Below, piece by piece: positions 25,573 to 38,587 of a stretch of 64,000 nt of DNA (position 1 is its first letter; each line of letters opens with the position of its first letter). Below the pieces are notes generated by a model. It did not search any database and was not told the origin of the DNA. It worked only from the letters and a program-made list of their open reading frames with translations. The position numbers and the translations under genes are program-made. Source of the DNA: Malacoraja senta (lineage: Eukaryota); NCBI GenBank assembly GCA_038087875.1, contig CM075987.1, positions 22,508,001 to 22,572,000 on the forward strand. The letters run 5' to 3'.

Positions 25573-28500
25573 CAGTGCTGTCGGGGAGGATTTAAACTAA
25601 TGTGGCAGGGGAATGGGAGCATGAGTAGAGAGACAGAGGGGTGTAAAATGAGGGTAGAAGCAACAGGTAGCAAGGTGAAAAGTAAAAGTGGCAGGCAGCA
25701 AAATCCAGGGCAAAAATCAAAAAGGGCCACTTTTCAACATAATTGTATAAGGGGTAAGAGTGTTGTAAAAACAAGCCTGACGGCTTTGTGTCTCAATGCA
25801 AGGAGCATTCGTAATAAGGTGGATGAGTTGAATGTGCAGATCGTTATTAATGAATATGATATAGTTGGGATCACGGAGACATGGCTCCAGGGTGACCAAG
25901 GCTGGGAGCTGAACATCCAGGGATATTCAATATTCAGGAGGGATAGACAGAAAGGAAAAGGAGGTGGCGTAGCGTTGCTGGTTAGAGATTAACGCAATAG
26001 AAAGGAAGGACATTAGCTTGGAGGATGTGGAATCGATATGGGTAGAGCTGCGAAACACTAAGGGGCAGAAAACGCTAGTGGGAGTTGTGTACAGGCCACC
26101 GAACAGTAGTAGTGGAGTTGGGGATGGCATCAAACAGGAAATTAGAAATGCGTGCAACAAAGGTAAAACAGTTATAATGGGTGACTTCAATCTACATATA
26201 GATTGGGTGAATCAAATTGGCAGGGGTGCTGAGGGAGAGGAGTTCTTGGAATGTATGCGGGATAGTTTTCTATACCAACATGTAGAGGAACCAACGAGAG
26301 AACAGGCTATTCTAGACTGGGTATTGAGTAATGAGGAAGGGTTGGTTAGCAGTCTTGTTGTGCGTGGCCCCTTGGGCAAGAATGACCATAATATGGTTGA
26401 GTTCTTCATTAGGATGGAGAGTGACATTGTTAATTCAGAAACAAGTGTTCTGAACTTAAAGAAGGGTAACTTTGAGGGTATGAGATGTGAATTGGCCAAG
26501 ATAGACTGGCAAGTGATTCTTAAAGGGTTGACGGTGGATATGCAATGGAAGGCATTTAAAGACTGCATGGATGAACTACAATTGTTCATCCCAGTTTGGC
26601 AAAAGAATAAATCAGGGAAGGTAGCGCATCCGTGGATAACAAGGGAAATCAGGGATAGTATCAAAACAAAAGATGAAGCATACAAATTAGACAGAAAAAG
26701 CAGCCTACCAGAGGACTGGGAGAAATTCAGCGTCCAGCAGAGGAGGACAAAGGGCTTAATTAGGTAAGGGAAAATAGATTATGAAAAAAACCTGGCAGGG
26801 AACATAAAAACTGACTGCAAAGGTTTTTATAGATATGTGAAGAGAAAAAGATAAGTTAAAACAAATGTAGGTCCCTTGCAGTCAGAAACTGGTGAATTGA
26901 TCATGGGGAACAAGGATATGGCAGACCAATTGAATAACTACTTTGGTTCTGACTTCACTAAGGAAGACATAAATAATCTGCCGGAAATAGCTGGGGACCG
27001 GGGGTCAAATGAGATGGAGGAACTGAGTGAAATCCCGGTTAGCCGGGAAGTGGTGTTAGGTAAATTGAATGGATTAAAGGCCGATAAATCCCCAGGGCCA
27101 GATAAGCTGCATCCCAGAGTACTTAAGGAAGTAGCCCCAGAAATAGTGGATGCATTAGTGATAATTTTTCAGAACTCTTTAGATTCTGGAGTAGTTCCTG
27201 AGGATTGGAGGGTAGCTAATGTAACCCCACTTTTTAAAAAGGGAGGGAGAGAAAACGGGGAATTACAGACCAGTTAGTCTAACATCGGTAGTGGGGAAAA
27301 TGCTAGAGCCAGTTATTAAAGATGGGATAGCAGCACATTTGGAAAGTGGTGAAATCATTGGACAAAGTCAGCATGGATTTATGAAAGGTAAATCATGTCT
27401 GACGAATCTTATAGAATTTTTCGAGGATGTAACTAGTAGAGTGGATAAGTGAGAACCAGTGGATGTTATATCTGGACTTTCAGAAGGCTTTCGACAAGGT
27501 CCCACATAAGAGATTAGTATGCAAACTTAAAGCACACGGAATTGGGGGTTCAGTATTGATGTGGATAGAGAACTGGTTGGCAGACAGGAAGCAAAGAGTA
27601 GGAGTAAACGGGTCCTTTTCAGAATGGCAGGCAGTGACTAGTGGGGTACCGCAAGGCTCAGTGCTGGGACCCCAGCTATTTACAATATATATTAATGATC
27701 TGGATGAGGGAATTGAATGCAACATCTCCAAGTTTGTGGATGACACAAAGCTGGGGGGCAGTGTTAGCTGTGAGGAGGGTGCTAGGAGGCTGCAAGGTGA
27801 CTTGGATAGGTTGGGTGAGTGGGCAAATGCATGGCAGATGCAGTATAATGTGGATAAATGTGAGGTTATCCACTTTGGTGGCAAAAACAAGAAAGTAGAC
27901 TATTATCTGAATGGTGGCCGATTAGGAAAAGGGGAGATGCAACGAGATCTGGGTGTCATGGTACACCAGTCATTGAAAGTAGGCATGCAGTGAAGAAAGT
28001 GAATGGTATGTTAGCATTCATAGCAAAAGGATTTGAGTATAAGAGCAGGGAGGTTCTACTGCAGTTGTACAGGGTCTTGGTGAGGCCACACCTGGAGTAT
28101 TGCGTACAGTTTTGGTCACCAAATCTGAGGAAAGACATTCTTGCCATAGAGGGAGTACAGAGAAGGTTCACCAGACTGATTCCTGGGATGGCAGGACTTT
28201 TATATGAAGAAAGACGGTTGTACTCGCTAGAATTTAGAAGATTGAGGGGAGATCTTATAGAAACTTACAAGATTCTTAAGGGGTTGGACAGGCTAGATGC
28301 AGGAAGATTGTTCCCGATGTTGGGGAAGTCCAGAACAAGGGGTCACAGTTTAAGGATAAGGGGGATGTCATTTAGGACCGAGATGAGAAAATCATTTTTC
28401 ACACAGAGAGTGGTGAATCTGTGGAATTCTCTGCCACAAAAGGTAGTTGAGGCCAGTTCATTGGTTATATTTAAGAGGGAGTTAGATGTGGCCCTTGTGG

Positions 28501-28637
28501 CTAAAGGGATCAGGGGGTATGGAGAGAAGGCAGGTACACGATACTGAGTTGGATGATCAGCCATGATCATATTGAATGGCAGTGCATGGTTGAAGGGCCG
28601 AATGGCCTACTCCTGCACCTATTTTCTATGTTTCTAT
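25573..28637 (+). mobile_element. CR1 LINE with nearly complete but disrupted ORF2 (APE endonuclease + RT)
   Basis: LNARSIRNK..GITETWL..RRDR..GGGVALLV; VYRPPNS; IMGDFN; RT motifs [31 protein letters not shown]. Split into five ORFs by frameshifts and stops; tail ttttctatgtttctatg. Confidence 0.95.
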
Positions 28638-29388
28638 GTACCATAAAGACAATTCTGCTGAATGACAAAACACACAGACTTCACACAAAAATAATTTATT
28701 TAATAAATTATGGTTTCTGATGAATTGCATTGTTTGAAAATGGAAATAAATCTCTTGCTTCTCAGAATGAGGTTTGTATGCCTTTCCGAACATGAAACAC
28801 AGCATGGTCAAATGCAGAGGGTGGGTGGGGGTAAACGAGTGTTGTTTAGAGGGCAAGGGAGAGAGGAAGCAAGAGTGAGAGAGAAATAATTAAACTTTTA
28901 AGTTCAGCAGCTGTTTTACAGGCAAATGCAGAAGCCCAATTACAGGCTCTCGTCCTGGAATAGATTGTTTTACTCTAAAAAAAAATGCAGTCAAGATTTC
29001 CCATTCATTCTAGGTGCCAAACTGAATTCAGTAATGTAAAACATTTTCATTCTTCCTCCTCTTCGCTGGAAAATCTGAAGAAACATTATGTCATTAGTTG
29101 CAGCTAACTAGATTCCAGCCATGGCCATTAATCCTCTGAAGCCATGACTCAGCATCCTGCAGGTAAGTGCTTGTTCTGAGTTTATTGATCATCAGATTTA
29201 TTCTCTTGGTCGATGGTGGGAGCTGCCTTTCAGGAATAAAGTTAAATTCAGTTTGCAGTCTCCTCACTGTGTTTTATTTCAATTAAATGCAAAGTCTTAG
29301 AGCTGTGTGCCACTCTTGTTATTTCCCCCTCCCCTTAGACACTATACCCATTCACCACCCACCCCCCTACCCGTGGATAAGGCTTGCT

Positions 29389-29645
29389 TCATCTCAGAGC
29401 CAGACTGTACACCTGATAAATTTCATCGGGGAAGTCTTCCTGCTTTTCCACTGCCAACACATTGAGTCCTGCCAGCTGCACAATGGTGTGCAGGGTGCTC
29501 AACTCCCGGCAGACGCTACTGTCCACCTCGTCCTCAATCACCCCCTCCTGGCTCACGTTGTCCTTCACGCAGATTATTCCATTTGGCCGAAGACCTTTCT
29601 GACACCTCTTGAGGAACTGGGCAAGATGATCGTCAGTCAGGTGTC
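29389..29645 (-). CDS. NTMT1: N-terminal Xaa-Pro-Lys N-methyltransferase 1, last coding exon
   Basis: Acceptor ttgcag|GA CAC at 29645. Encodes (G)HLTDDHLAQFLKRCQKGLRPNGIICVKDNVSQEGVIEDEVDSSVCR...PDEIYQVYSLALR* with TGA at 29389-29391. 257 nt. Joined CDS is 162+253+257=672 nt = 223 aa, colinear with vertebrate NTMT1 as recalled. Confidence 0.96.
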
Positions 29646-30948
29646 CTGCAACAAGCCCAAAGATACTATAAGTTACAGAAAAAGTTGTCACAACTGCATT
29701 AATATGGTTCACGCTCTGGCCTACATTCACACAATCATAATGATAGCACAGACACACTAGTCCCACTTCCTTCTGCTTTTTTCCACTGGCTTACAATTTT
29801 TACATTGAATTTAATAAATACTTGATGCTATTTTCAGTTACTACATTTGTTTCCTTCAGACAGCGTTCCAGAATCAAAAGAGTACTTTTGACAATTAAAC
29901 CAAATTGGTATCCTCTGATTCGATACTTCCGCGACTGGAATCCTCATTCTTTTTAAAAACCATTGCGATTTTAGATATCTCTTACATCCCCCCCCCTTGA
30001 CCTTTCTACACTAAGGAAAACCAGTTTCTCCATACAAATTAAAACTTTTCCTTCCAGGTACCATTCCAGTAAATCATTTCTGCATTTTCACCAGGACACA
30101 GACATGCCGAAGTACAACATACACAATACCTAGCAGCACCACCCTGTAGAGCTATGACTTTTATTAGTATCCCGTTGTATTTCCAAAGATCATCCATGGA
30201 TACTGCTGTGTCAAGAGCCTGTTGTGAACTGCTACACTACCCGATGCTGCACACTGCCATGATGGGAATCTGGAACAAACCTCAGTTGATGTTCTTCAAG
30301 CAATAAAGTACCCACAGCCTGGCGCCTTGAGGCTGTGAGAGATGGTGCTGAGGTTGCGTGAGTCAGTGTTGGATGACCTAGGGTGACCAGTCAGATCACT
30401 CATCACTGAAATGAGGCTCGCAGAGTGTCACCTTGGCCAGCATAGATACAGACAGCACATGTTCTATGTGTTGACAGATCAGCTGCATTCAACAATCTCT
30501 CTCATCATCTCCTGTTGAACGTCAAAGAACTTTCTGCTCTCACCTGCCCTTATTTAGCTGCACATCATCATTGTGTTTATTACCCCAGAGCAAACACGGT
30601 GTTTGGGAAAGCAGGTGTTGCCACTTCGTGGTGGCCAGGGTTAGGCCCTGAGGCATACATCCATCGGAGTGCTGAGCAGTCAAGACGGCTCCCTCAGATG
30701 CAAACAACACCAGGCCGACAGGTAGCCTCTGCACACAAATCTGTGGTCAACTCAATTGGATTTGTGCCAGATACCTTGTGGTTAAGTTCGTTGCTGGATT
30801 TGCACCAGTTTCCTGGCATGGCAGAGGACAGCTCAAGGTTTATCGGGTACCCTGCACGGCAGCATCTATAATGCTAACATGACTCGGTTTAGCACCAATT
30901 CCATAAATGCTTTTGTTCTTATCAACAGATCTGAAGTATTGAATAAGA

Positions 30949-31898
30949 CTAGACCAAGTGTGGACCCGTTGGGCCCGTTCCCCCAACGCAATATTCCATC
31001 ACTCACCCATAGCTAACTGCGCAGGTGCAGCTGACGTTTTTAAAGTTTAAAATGGCAATGACTTGTAAAATATAAGATCAATGTGAACGCATCTCACTCT
31101 CCCACTTCAGTCCCCCATTCCCTTCCTCCATTATCCTCCCTCTCCCCACCCTCCTCTGCTTCCTCCCCTCACCCCCTCCTCTCTTCCCCTTCCCTCCTCC
31201 ATTACCTCGACATCCCTCTTCCTACCCCTATCCTGCTCCATTCCTCCCTACCACTCCTCTTCACCCCCTCTCCCTCACCCCCTCCCTCCATAACCCCCCT
31301 CCCTCCATAACCCCTCTCCCCTCCCTACCTCCTCCTCTCCCTCAGTTTCACTGCTCCCCCACTCCTCACCTCACCTTCCCCATTGCCCTCCTCTCTATCC
31401 CCCACTCCTCTCCCTCTAACCCCCTCCCCACTATCCCTCCTCACCTCCCCCACTTCCCCCCTCTCTACCCCCCTCCTCTCCCTCTATCCCCCTGATCCCG
31501 CACTCCTCACCTCCCCCCAGACAATGAAAATCGCGATATTTCTTTAAAATAGCCTAAACACAATGTTAGCTGTTAATGATACCTAATGTTAATGAAAACT
31601 GAAGAATTTAATGTAAATGCGATTCGGGATCCCATTGTGATGTCATTGTAACATGGTTGACGGGCAGGGCAAGTGGAAAAGTGGTTTGAAAAGGGGTTTT
31701 TGTAATATTTAAATTGTGAATAACTTGTAAAATATAATATCAATCTGAACGAAACTTGTTTCATTTATATTCCAGGACAATGGTGAGAAAGGTGGGCCAA
31801 AAATTGTAGTGCTATCATGTACCGTTTTGGCGGGGTTTTGGGGTATCACATCCACGCACGCATACGAACAAACAAGATGAGAGTTTCAGTAATATATA
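30949..31898 (-). mobile_element. Non-autonomous Helitron (copy A)
   Basis: Minus-strand 3' end gggcccaacgggtcc hairpin + acacttggtCTAG|T. 5' end TATATATTACTGAAACTCTC lacks the first TC. Contains an internal C/T-rich tract. Confidence 0.75.
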
Positions 31899-32621
31899 CT
31901 GGACCAAGTGGGACCCGTTGGGTCCCGCCCCCCAACGCGGGGGGGGGGGGGGGCAGCGTCACTGGGGAGGGCTGGTCCCCGAACGCAATATTCCACCACT
32001 CACCCATAGGTCCCAATGCTCACCACTCCCTAGAGAGGGAGGGGGGTAGAAAAGGGGGGGGTAGAGAGGGAAGGGGGCTAGAGGAGGGAGGGACGGCAGA
32101 GAGGAAGGGGGTAGAGAGCGAGGGGGAGGGGGGTAGTGGGAGGGGTAGAGAGGGAGGGGAGGTGGAGGGGGTAGAGAGGGAGAGGGTGTAGAGTGGGAGA
32201 GTAGAGGGAGGGGGAGGGGGTAGAGACCCTACTCCCTCCTCCTCATCTCCCTCCTCCTCATTTCCCTCATCCTCCTCCCCTCACTTCCATTCCCTGCCCC
32301 AGGACCTACCCAGGTCAGAGCAGCGCCAGGACAGCTTGAGAGCCCATTGTGATTGGTGCACTGTGAGAGGCATTGTGACATCATCACTGGGCTCTCTCTG
32401 AGAAAGCGGTTTAGGCTTTTTTTTGAAACATTAAATCATGAATTACTTTGGAAATATAGGTCGGAATGCGACGGGAAGATGTTTATCACTTCGACGGGGA
32501 AAATGTGAGTAGAATATCTTAAAATGGGAAGGCTGTGGCGTAGCGTTTGGAAGAAGATAGGAAAAAGCAGAGCACAGTGACAAATTGCCGGCACAAACAA
32601 AGAGTTTTAGTAATATATAGA
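31899..32621 (-). mobile_element. Non-autonomous Helitron (copy B)
   Basis: 5' A|TCTATATATTACTAAAACTCT at 32621; 3' perfect hairpin GGGACCC-AAC-GGGTCCC 11 nt before a CCAG terminus; no TSD. Confidence 0.78.
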
Positions 32622-33474
32622 TATCTGTGTACGAGGCCTAACCAATCCATTATTTGTAAAGGTTCAACCTTATCTCTTTACTTTTGTAATCTCTGCCCAG
32701 TAAAAAGAAAGTGAAAACCCAGATTTAACCAACTGTTGGAAAATTAGAAGCAGCCTCTCATTTCCACAAGGTCAAGTCTCAGAACTAATTATATCCATTG
32801 GTTATTTCACTTCCCAATGTGCTACTGAGATACAAACATCAACAGCTGCCCAGCTGTGTGTTCAGTTAGCCACACTCAGCTTGGGAGAGAGCAATCCGGC
32901 TCAACGGCACCCTTTTACCAAGTCTTGCCACCTCGTGATCTTGACAATGATGTCTAGGCACCCAATGGAATAGAATCATATCTGACAATTGGCTACCTAA
33001 TAAACAATTGCATTCAAAGTTCTAGGTTATGGTTGGGAAGTAGTTCAGGGAGGCAGTTGACATCTCGCACAATTCTATAATAGTTCGGCTGTGGTAGTCC
33101 TTCATTCATTCATCATCGTTGAAAACATTAGCGACACAGTGGTGCTTGTTTCTGACGGGACTGTGGTAGTGGCAGTATTAAATGTCAATGCATGTGCTTT
33201 TGCAGTTTGCATCATTCATTGGAGGCATGATTTTCCAATTTACTTCTATAAATGTAACTTAATAATGCTAAGAGACCAGACAAAATAAGGTCATTTGCTC
33301 TCAGTGGTGCTATTGTGATTGTCCTTATTTGGCTCCAGTATATCTGCAACAGTGCCGCAGTGCAAATTTTGTTGGTGCCAGAGCTGTCACACACACACAC
33401 GCTGTCACACACTCACACTCACACCCCCAGACGCACCCTCACTCACCCACCCACTCTCTCACCACACACCCACT

Positions 33475-34116
33475 CACACCTGCAATGGACCACAACTCTA
33501 CTTCATTTGGTGCCAGATCCACACCTTCAACAAACGCTTCCTCGCCTATCTGGACTCTACCAAGGATCACAATCTTGCCTGCCTCCAGACCGGTCCCTCC
33601 ACCGACACTCCTTGACTCGACCGCCCGCCCGGAGCTCCATCTCTGGATCGCGGCGCCGCCTGCTCGACCACCACGAGGCCGAGATGGCCATCACGAGGAG
33701 CAGCGACAACATCCACTGCCTATCCGACCCTCACCGCTTTCCCGGCCAAACCCACGCCTGGACCACCGAAACTGCCGTGGTTGCCGACTCTCACCACCTC
33801 CCTGGGGCCACCGCCGCTGTTGCCAACCTTCACTGTCTACCCAGGGCCACCGATGCTGCTGCCGCCGACCCGTATCTCTACTCCAGCCCCCCACGGCCCT
33901 CCACCAGCGACTCCGCCGACCCTCTCCCCCGGCCACCAGCGGGCCAGAGCCGTCACCTCACCAGAGTTTCAAGCTCAGCACCAGGCCCACAACCTCCACG
34001 ATGCAGGCAGCACGTGGTCTGACTCTGCTGGGTCCTACTGCTCCCCTCCCCCTCCTACAGGGAACCTCAGTAGTGAAGGGTCTTCCCCTTCCCACTCTTT
34101 CAACCAGGTTACCCCG
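33475..34116 (+). mobile_element. GC-rich insertion, probably the 5' ORF region of a Penelope-like element
   Basis: Flanked by 14-bp direct repeat accacacacccact (33461-33474 / 34117-34130). CNGPQLYFIWCQIHTFNKRFLAYLDSTKD resembles N-terminal Penelope-like ORF regions (recall only). Confidence 0.5.
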
Positions 34117-34778
34117 ACCACACACCCACTAGTTAAAATTCCCAGTTTTTGGGGGGGGGGGTTTAAACAGGTGCCAGAGCAGCACTGCACCCCTGAACTG
34201 CAATCTGGTGAGTAAATACAACAGATCTTGGGGATACAAGCAAACTACTGCAAATACAGCAGTTTCTGCATGAAATAAACGAGTTTCAGACTTTTTTTTA
34301 AAAAGAGAAATTTCCTGCATTTTCTACTTTTCAAATTGCATATTTTTAGCATCTGCAGTTATTTTGATTTTCAAGACATAAAGATGATTTTGTGTTGGCT
34401 GGAGTGTCCAGAATGAGCGATTTTAACCTCAGGATAGGCGATGTGCTATTTATACCATAGATTTTCTCAGTCAGAGGATTGTGAACCTGTGGACGTCTCT
34501 ACCAAAGGCATCAGTATAGGTCAATTAATTATATTCAAGAAGGAGGTATATTTCTTAATGCTAAGGAGATCGACAGGTATGGACCAAAGATGAAAGGGTG
34601 CTAAAGTGGATGATCACAGTGAATGATGGAGAAAGTTCAGAAAACCCAACAGCCTACATCTGCTTCTACCTTCAGTATTCTCAAAACCAATTCTCTGCTT
34701 AAAATAGAGGCTGCAGCCTTGGTTCAATTTCCATCTCTCCTCCAAACCCATCCCTATCAGTTTTGGTCAACGACATAC

Positions 34779-35031
34779 CGATCACCCATTGGATCCAGAT
34801 GACATCGTATCGCTGGGGTTGGGGGATGAAGTCTTGCAAACCACAGCAGAAATAGTTGCCTACGCGTTTGCCCTCCTCCCCCAGGTGGGTCTTGGCCTTG
34901 GCCAGGAAATCTTCTGTCACATCCACCATGTCAACGACTTTAAACATGGGTAGAAGCAATCGTTTGGTGATTCTGCCGATCCCAGCACCACAGTCCAGTG
35001 CACAGCTAGCCCCTGCTTTCTCAGATCCTTC
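34779..35031 (-). CDS. NTMT1: NTMT1 middle coding exon (SAM-binding motif I)
   Basis: Acceptor caacag|GAA, donor ATC G|gtatgt. 253 nt. Encodes EGSEKAGASCALDCGAGIGRITKRLLLPMFKVVDMVD...YDVIWIQWVIG with the class I methyltransferase LDCGAGIG motif. Confidence 0.96.
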
Positions 35032-35344
35032 CTGTTGAGAACAGAAAACAGCTTGAACCAGCAGCAGTAGCGCAGGATGTTGTATATTTCTGTAGCCTGA
35101 AACATATCGCTCTCTGCCTATACTGGAGTTGTAACAAGCTCTAACCATGGTAGAAAAACAGAAAATGCTGGAAACATGCAGCAGATCAAACAGGATATCT
35201 CCAGAACTACCTTCAATTATTTTATTTCAAAAAAATCAGTTACTGTCGCAATTTAGGAACAAAAGGGCAAAATTTATACATAGCAGTTTTACCAAATGAA
35301 TAATCTTTCTTTAAAAAAATTCATTAAAGAATAAAAGTTACTTC

Positions 35345-35900
35345 AAACTTCACAATTTGGTCTCCTCTACATTGAAGAGGCAAAACGCATATTGGGTGAT
35401 CATTTTGCAGATCCCCTGCATTCAGTCTGCAGGGACGATTCTGAGCCTACCATGGTGAGCCACTTTAATTATCAATCCCACTCCGATTCCAACCTGTCTG
35501 TCTGCAGCCTTTCTCACTGATATGGTGAGGACCAAAGTAAACTAATAGAACAATATCTTATCTTCAGTCTGGGCACTTTGCAATCATCTGGAAGGAACAC
35601 TGAATGTTCCAACTTTAGGTGAGTTGCCCTCCCATTGTTGTGCTTATATCCCCTTCTGTCCCTCTTTAAAATGCCTTGCTAACTGTCAGTTCTCATGCTC
35701 CAAACTACCTGACCTATCTTAACATCCCCATATAGGCTTTTTTTCTCTTAAATGTCCCTCTCCCTAGCTGTGGTTTTGAACTGTAAGCCCTCCAGTCTAC
35801 CCACCCTCGTTTTGGGGAAGTGTGGCTGACCCAAAACGGAATGGTTTCTCTTTCCACAGAGGCTGCTTGACAGATTTTCTTTCAACATTTTTGTTTTTAA
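35345..35900 (+). mobile_element. Decayed Penelope-like element (GIY-YIG endonuclease end + 3' region)
   Basis: GLLYIEEAKRILGDHFADPL...SHFN..HSDSNLSVC..KLIEQYLIFSLGTLQSSG. Other GIY-YIG remnants at ~39190-39370 and 49965-50400. Confidence 0.75.
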
Positions 35901-36488
35901 TGAAGATTTTAGGGGAAAATATAATGATTCATGGAAATTATGACATTGTAATTGAGCACATGAAATATCAGAAACTTGGAAAATAACCTAACCAGCAGCA
36001 TGATAAACGGTGTGGCCACAATTTTTTGTGGATGAACAAAATGAAAGCTCTATTCAGTAATGACTGAAGATAGACACAAAATGCTGGAGTAACTCAGCGG
36101 GACAGGCAGCATCTCTGGATAGAAGGAATAGGTGACGTTTCAGGTCGAGACCCTTCTTTAGACTGTCCCGCTGTTACTCCAGCATTTTGTGTCTATCTTC
36201 AGTGTAAACCAGCATCTGCAGTTCCTTCCTACACATTCAGTTATAACCATCTGTTTTCCATCATGTGTCCTAACATTATTTCACCCACACATTTCGCCAG
36301 CCAAACGATTTGCCAAAATGAGACCTAAAGCTGGTTTAGTCATAAAAGTCAAAAGTTCATGCAGCTTTTGTTTGTGTGTGGGGAGGGGTTTAGTGGACAG
36401 GGGGAAGAGGGGAATATGGTGCTTGGCAGGGACAAATGTTTAAGAACATACAAAAGCTATTCATGCACAGATGGTCATGGAGCCTCAC

Positions 36489-36650
36489 CCCAATAAACCG
36501 CTGCAGAAACCTCTTGGAAGAATTGATGTCAATGTTGGAGATATGCCCATATCCTCCCAACATGCCATCCACTGTTGGGGGGATGTTCTTCCAGTATTTC
36601 TTAGCTCTGGAGTAGAATCCATCCTCATCACCAATCACCTCGGCATTCAT
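36489..36650 (-). CDS. NTMT1: NTMT1 first coding exon
   Basis: ATG at 36650; MNAEVIGDEDGFYSRAKKYWKNIPPTVDGMLGGYGHISNIDINSSKRFLQRFIG; donor GGG|gtgagg. A polypyrimidine acceptor ending catcaacag places the exon start at 36683, so a non-coding upstream exon must exist. Confidence 0.96.
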
Positions 36651-37512
36651 AATTCAAGTGAAATTTGAAATAAAACTAGAAGCCTGTTGATGGGAAGGAG
36701 GAGAAAGGGAAATTATAAATAATTCCTTCCTATTTAAGCTGTAACTACAGAGATTTAAAGAGCGGGATCACTTTATGGAGAAACCTTAGATTTCCATATA
36801 CTATAAGCAACATAATCATGCAGTGCACAGAACTGCCAGTATAACAACAAGCCACTTTGTGAATTAAATCAAGGGATATAGGAACACAACAGCAAAATTA
36901 AATTAATACTAAAAATCTGCCATGATCAATGATAACTTTGGCTCTAGGGGCCTTGGATGACTAAATAAATAAACTAACGTTAAAATAAATAACGTTTCAA
37001 AAGATAGGACAGATTTCGACAAATGCGAGTCATGTAAAGAACAGCAAAACAGCAAACAGCAGATTGAAAAAGCTACAAAAAGAAACTGCACAATTTCACC
37101 AAAATAATGAAAATAAGGAGATGGTGGTAATGATGAATCGTCAGTATTTGGAGCAGAAAATAGCATGCGTAACATCTTGCATTAGGAATGCAAATTGATC
37201 ACAATTATTTGATACAATATAACAGAAATGAAGAAATTCTGCACACCAAGGATCACCTCATCTCCAGGACCAGATTGGTTGCTTCCCAGGATTTTAAAAG
37301 TAGATTAGAATATTGCGAGATTATAGCGAGGGAATCAGCAACATTCATAGAGTACTGGAGTCATACAGCATGGAAATGGGCCCTTCAGCACGTCTTGCTC
37401 ATGCCGACCAACATGCCCCACCGAGACTAGTCCGACCTGCCTGTGTTTGACCCATATCCTTCTAAAGTATTCCATGCACCTGTCAAAATGTTTTATAAAT
37501 GTGATACCACCA

Positions 37513-38200
37513 GGGGCACCGCACGATGGCTGCTCCACCGGCAGTCTGTTTGTTTTTTCATCTTTTTATAATTTTTAGTGTTTGTTAAAAGTTTGTTTTA
37601 ATGTTCTCTAGTTTGTCTTATGTGGGGGGAGGGGGAAGGGATCGGGGGAAACTTTTTTCCAGGTTCTTACCTTGCCGGAGATGTGATTAATTTTCGGATC
37701 GCATTCTCCGGGCGCTCTGCGGCCTTCCATCGATGGAGCTGGAGGCCTCCTTGGACTGTCGTGAGCCCCACCGCAGGGCGTGGACTTAACATCGGAGCTG
37801 ATCCCGCTCGCAGTCTCGGGAGAGGCCGAGTCGGGAAGCTCCAACGATGCAGAAGGTTTGACCAGCCCCGACGCGAGGTTCAATACATCCCCCCGATGCG
37901 GGAGCTGATCGCCTCAGCGTGGATGGCCCGAACGCCGCCGACTACATGAGTCAAGATCGTCCCGTCAATGGAGGGCTCGAGGCCCCCGACCACGGGAGAA
38001 CAAAGGGAAGGGACTTGAACTTTATTTCGCCTTCCATCGCAGTGAGGAATGTGTAGGAGTCACTGTGGTCGATGTTCATGTTAAAAAAATGTGTTTTGGG
38101 TGTTCTGTTGCTTATTATTTGTATGACTGATTTGGCAAATGAAATTCCTCGTATGTTGCAAAACATACTTGGCAAATAAAGTAATATTCTGATTCTGATT
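37513..38200 (+). mobile_element. CpG-rich non-autonomous retroelement with (ATTCTG)n tail
   Basis: TSD-like ataccacca / atacccacca (37504-37512 / 38201-38210). 3' end aaattcctcgtatgttgcaaaacatacttggcaaataaag resembles the L2/Rex-type tail at 5215-5283. Inserted in a minus-strand HER1-type tail. Confidence 0.7.
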
Positions 38201-38318
38201 ATACCCACCAACTACTTCCTCTGGGAGCTCACTACATATACCTTTACCACCCTTTGTGTAAAAAAGTTGCCCCTCAGGTTCCTATTAAATCTTCCCCCCC
38301 CCCCTCCCCCCTCACCTT

Positions 38319-38518
38319 NNNNNNNNNNNNNNNNNNNNNNNNNNNNNNNNNNNNNNNNNNNNNNNNNNNNNNNNNNNNNNNNNNNNNNNNNNNNNNNNNN
38401 NNNNNNNNNNNNNNNNNNNNNNNNNNNNNNNNNNNNNNNNNNNNNNNNNNNNNNNNNNNNNNNNNNNNNNNNNNNNNNNNNNNNNNNNNNNNNNNNNNNN
38501 NNNNNNNNNNNNNNNNNN
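38319..38518. other. Assembly gap (exactly 200 N)
   Basis: Run of 200 Ns. The round number suggests a placeholder scaffolding gap of unknown true size. Confidence 0.99.
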
Positions 38519-38587
38519 GTACAATGAGTGTGACCAAGAAAACAGATAAACAAATGTCCTCACATAACGATTCAAGCTTCAACCCAC

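Noticed and set aside
33315..34215. Overlapping 235/267/144-aa ORFs as a novel host gene
   Set aside because: GC-rich, stop-poor, TSD-flanked insertion starting in a CA microsatellite; open in several frames with no splice context.
37664..37700. U1 snRNA-like 5' motif (cttaccttgccggagat)
   Set aside because: Only about 15 nt of partial similarity, in the middle of a retroelement, with no Sm site or U1 stem-loops.
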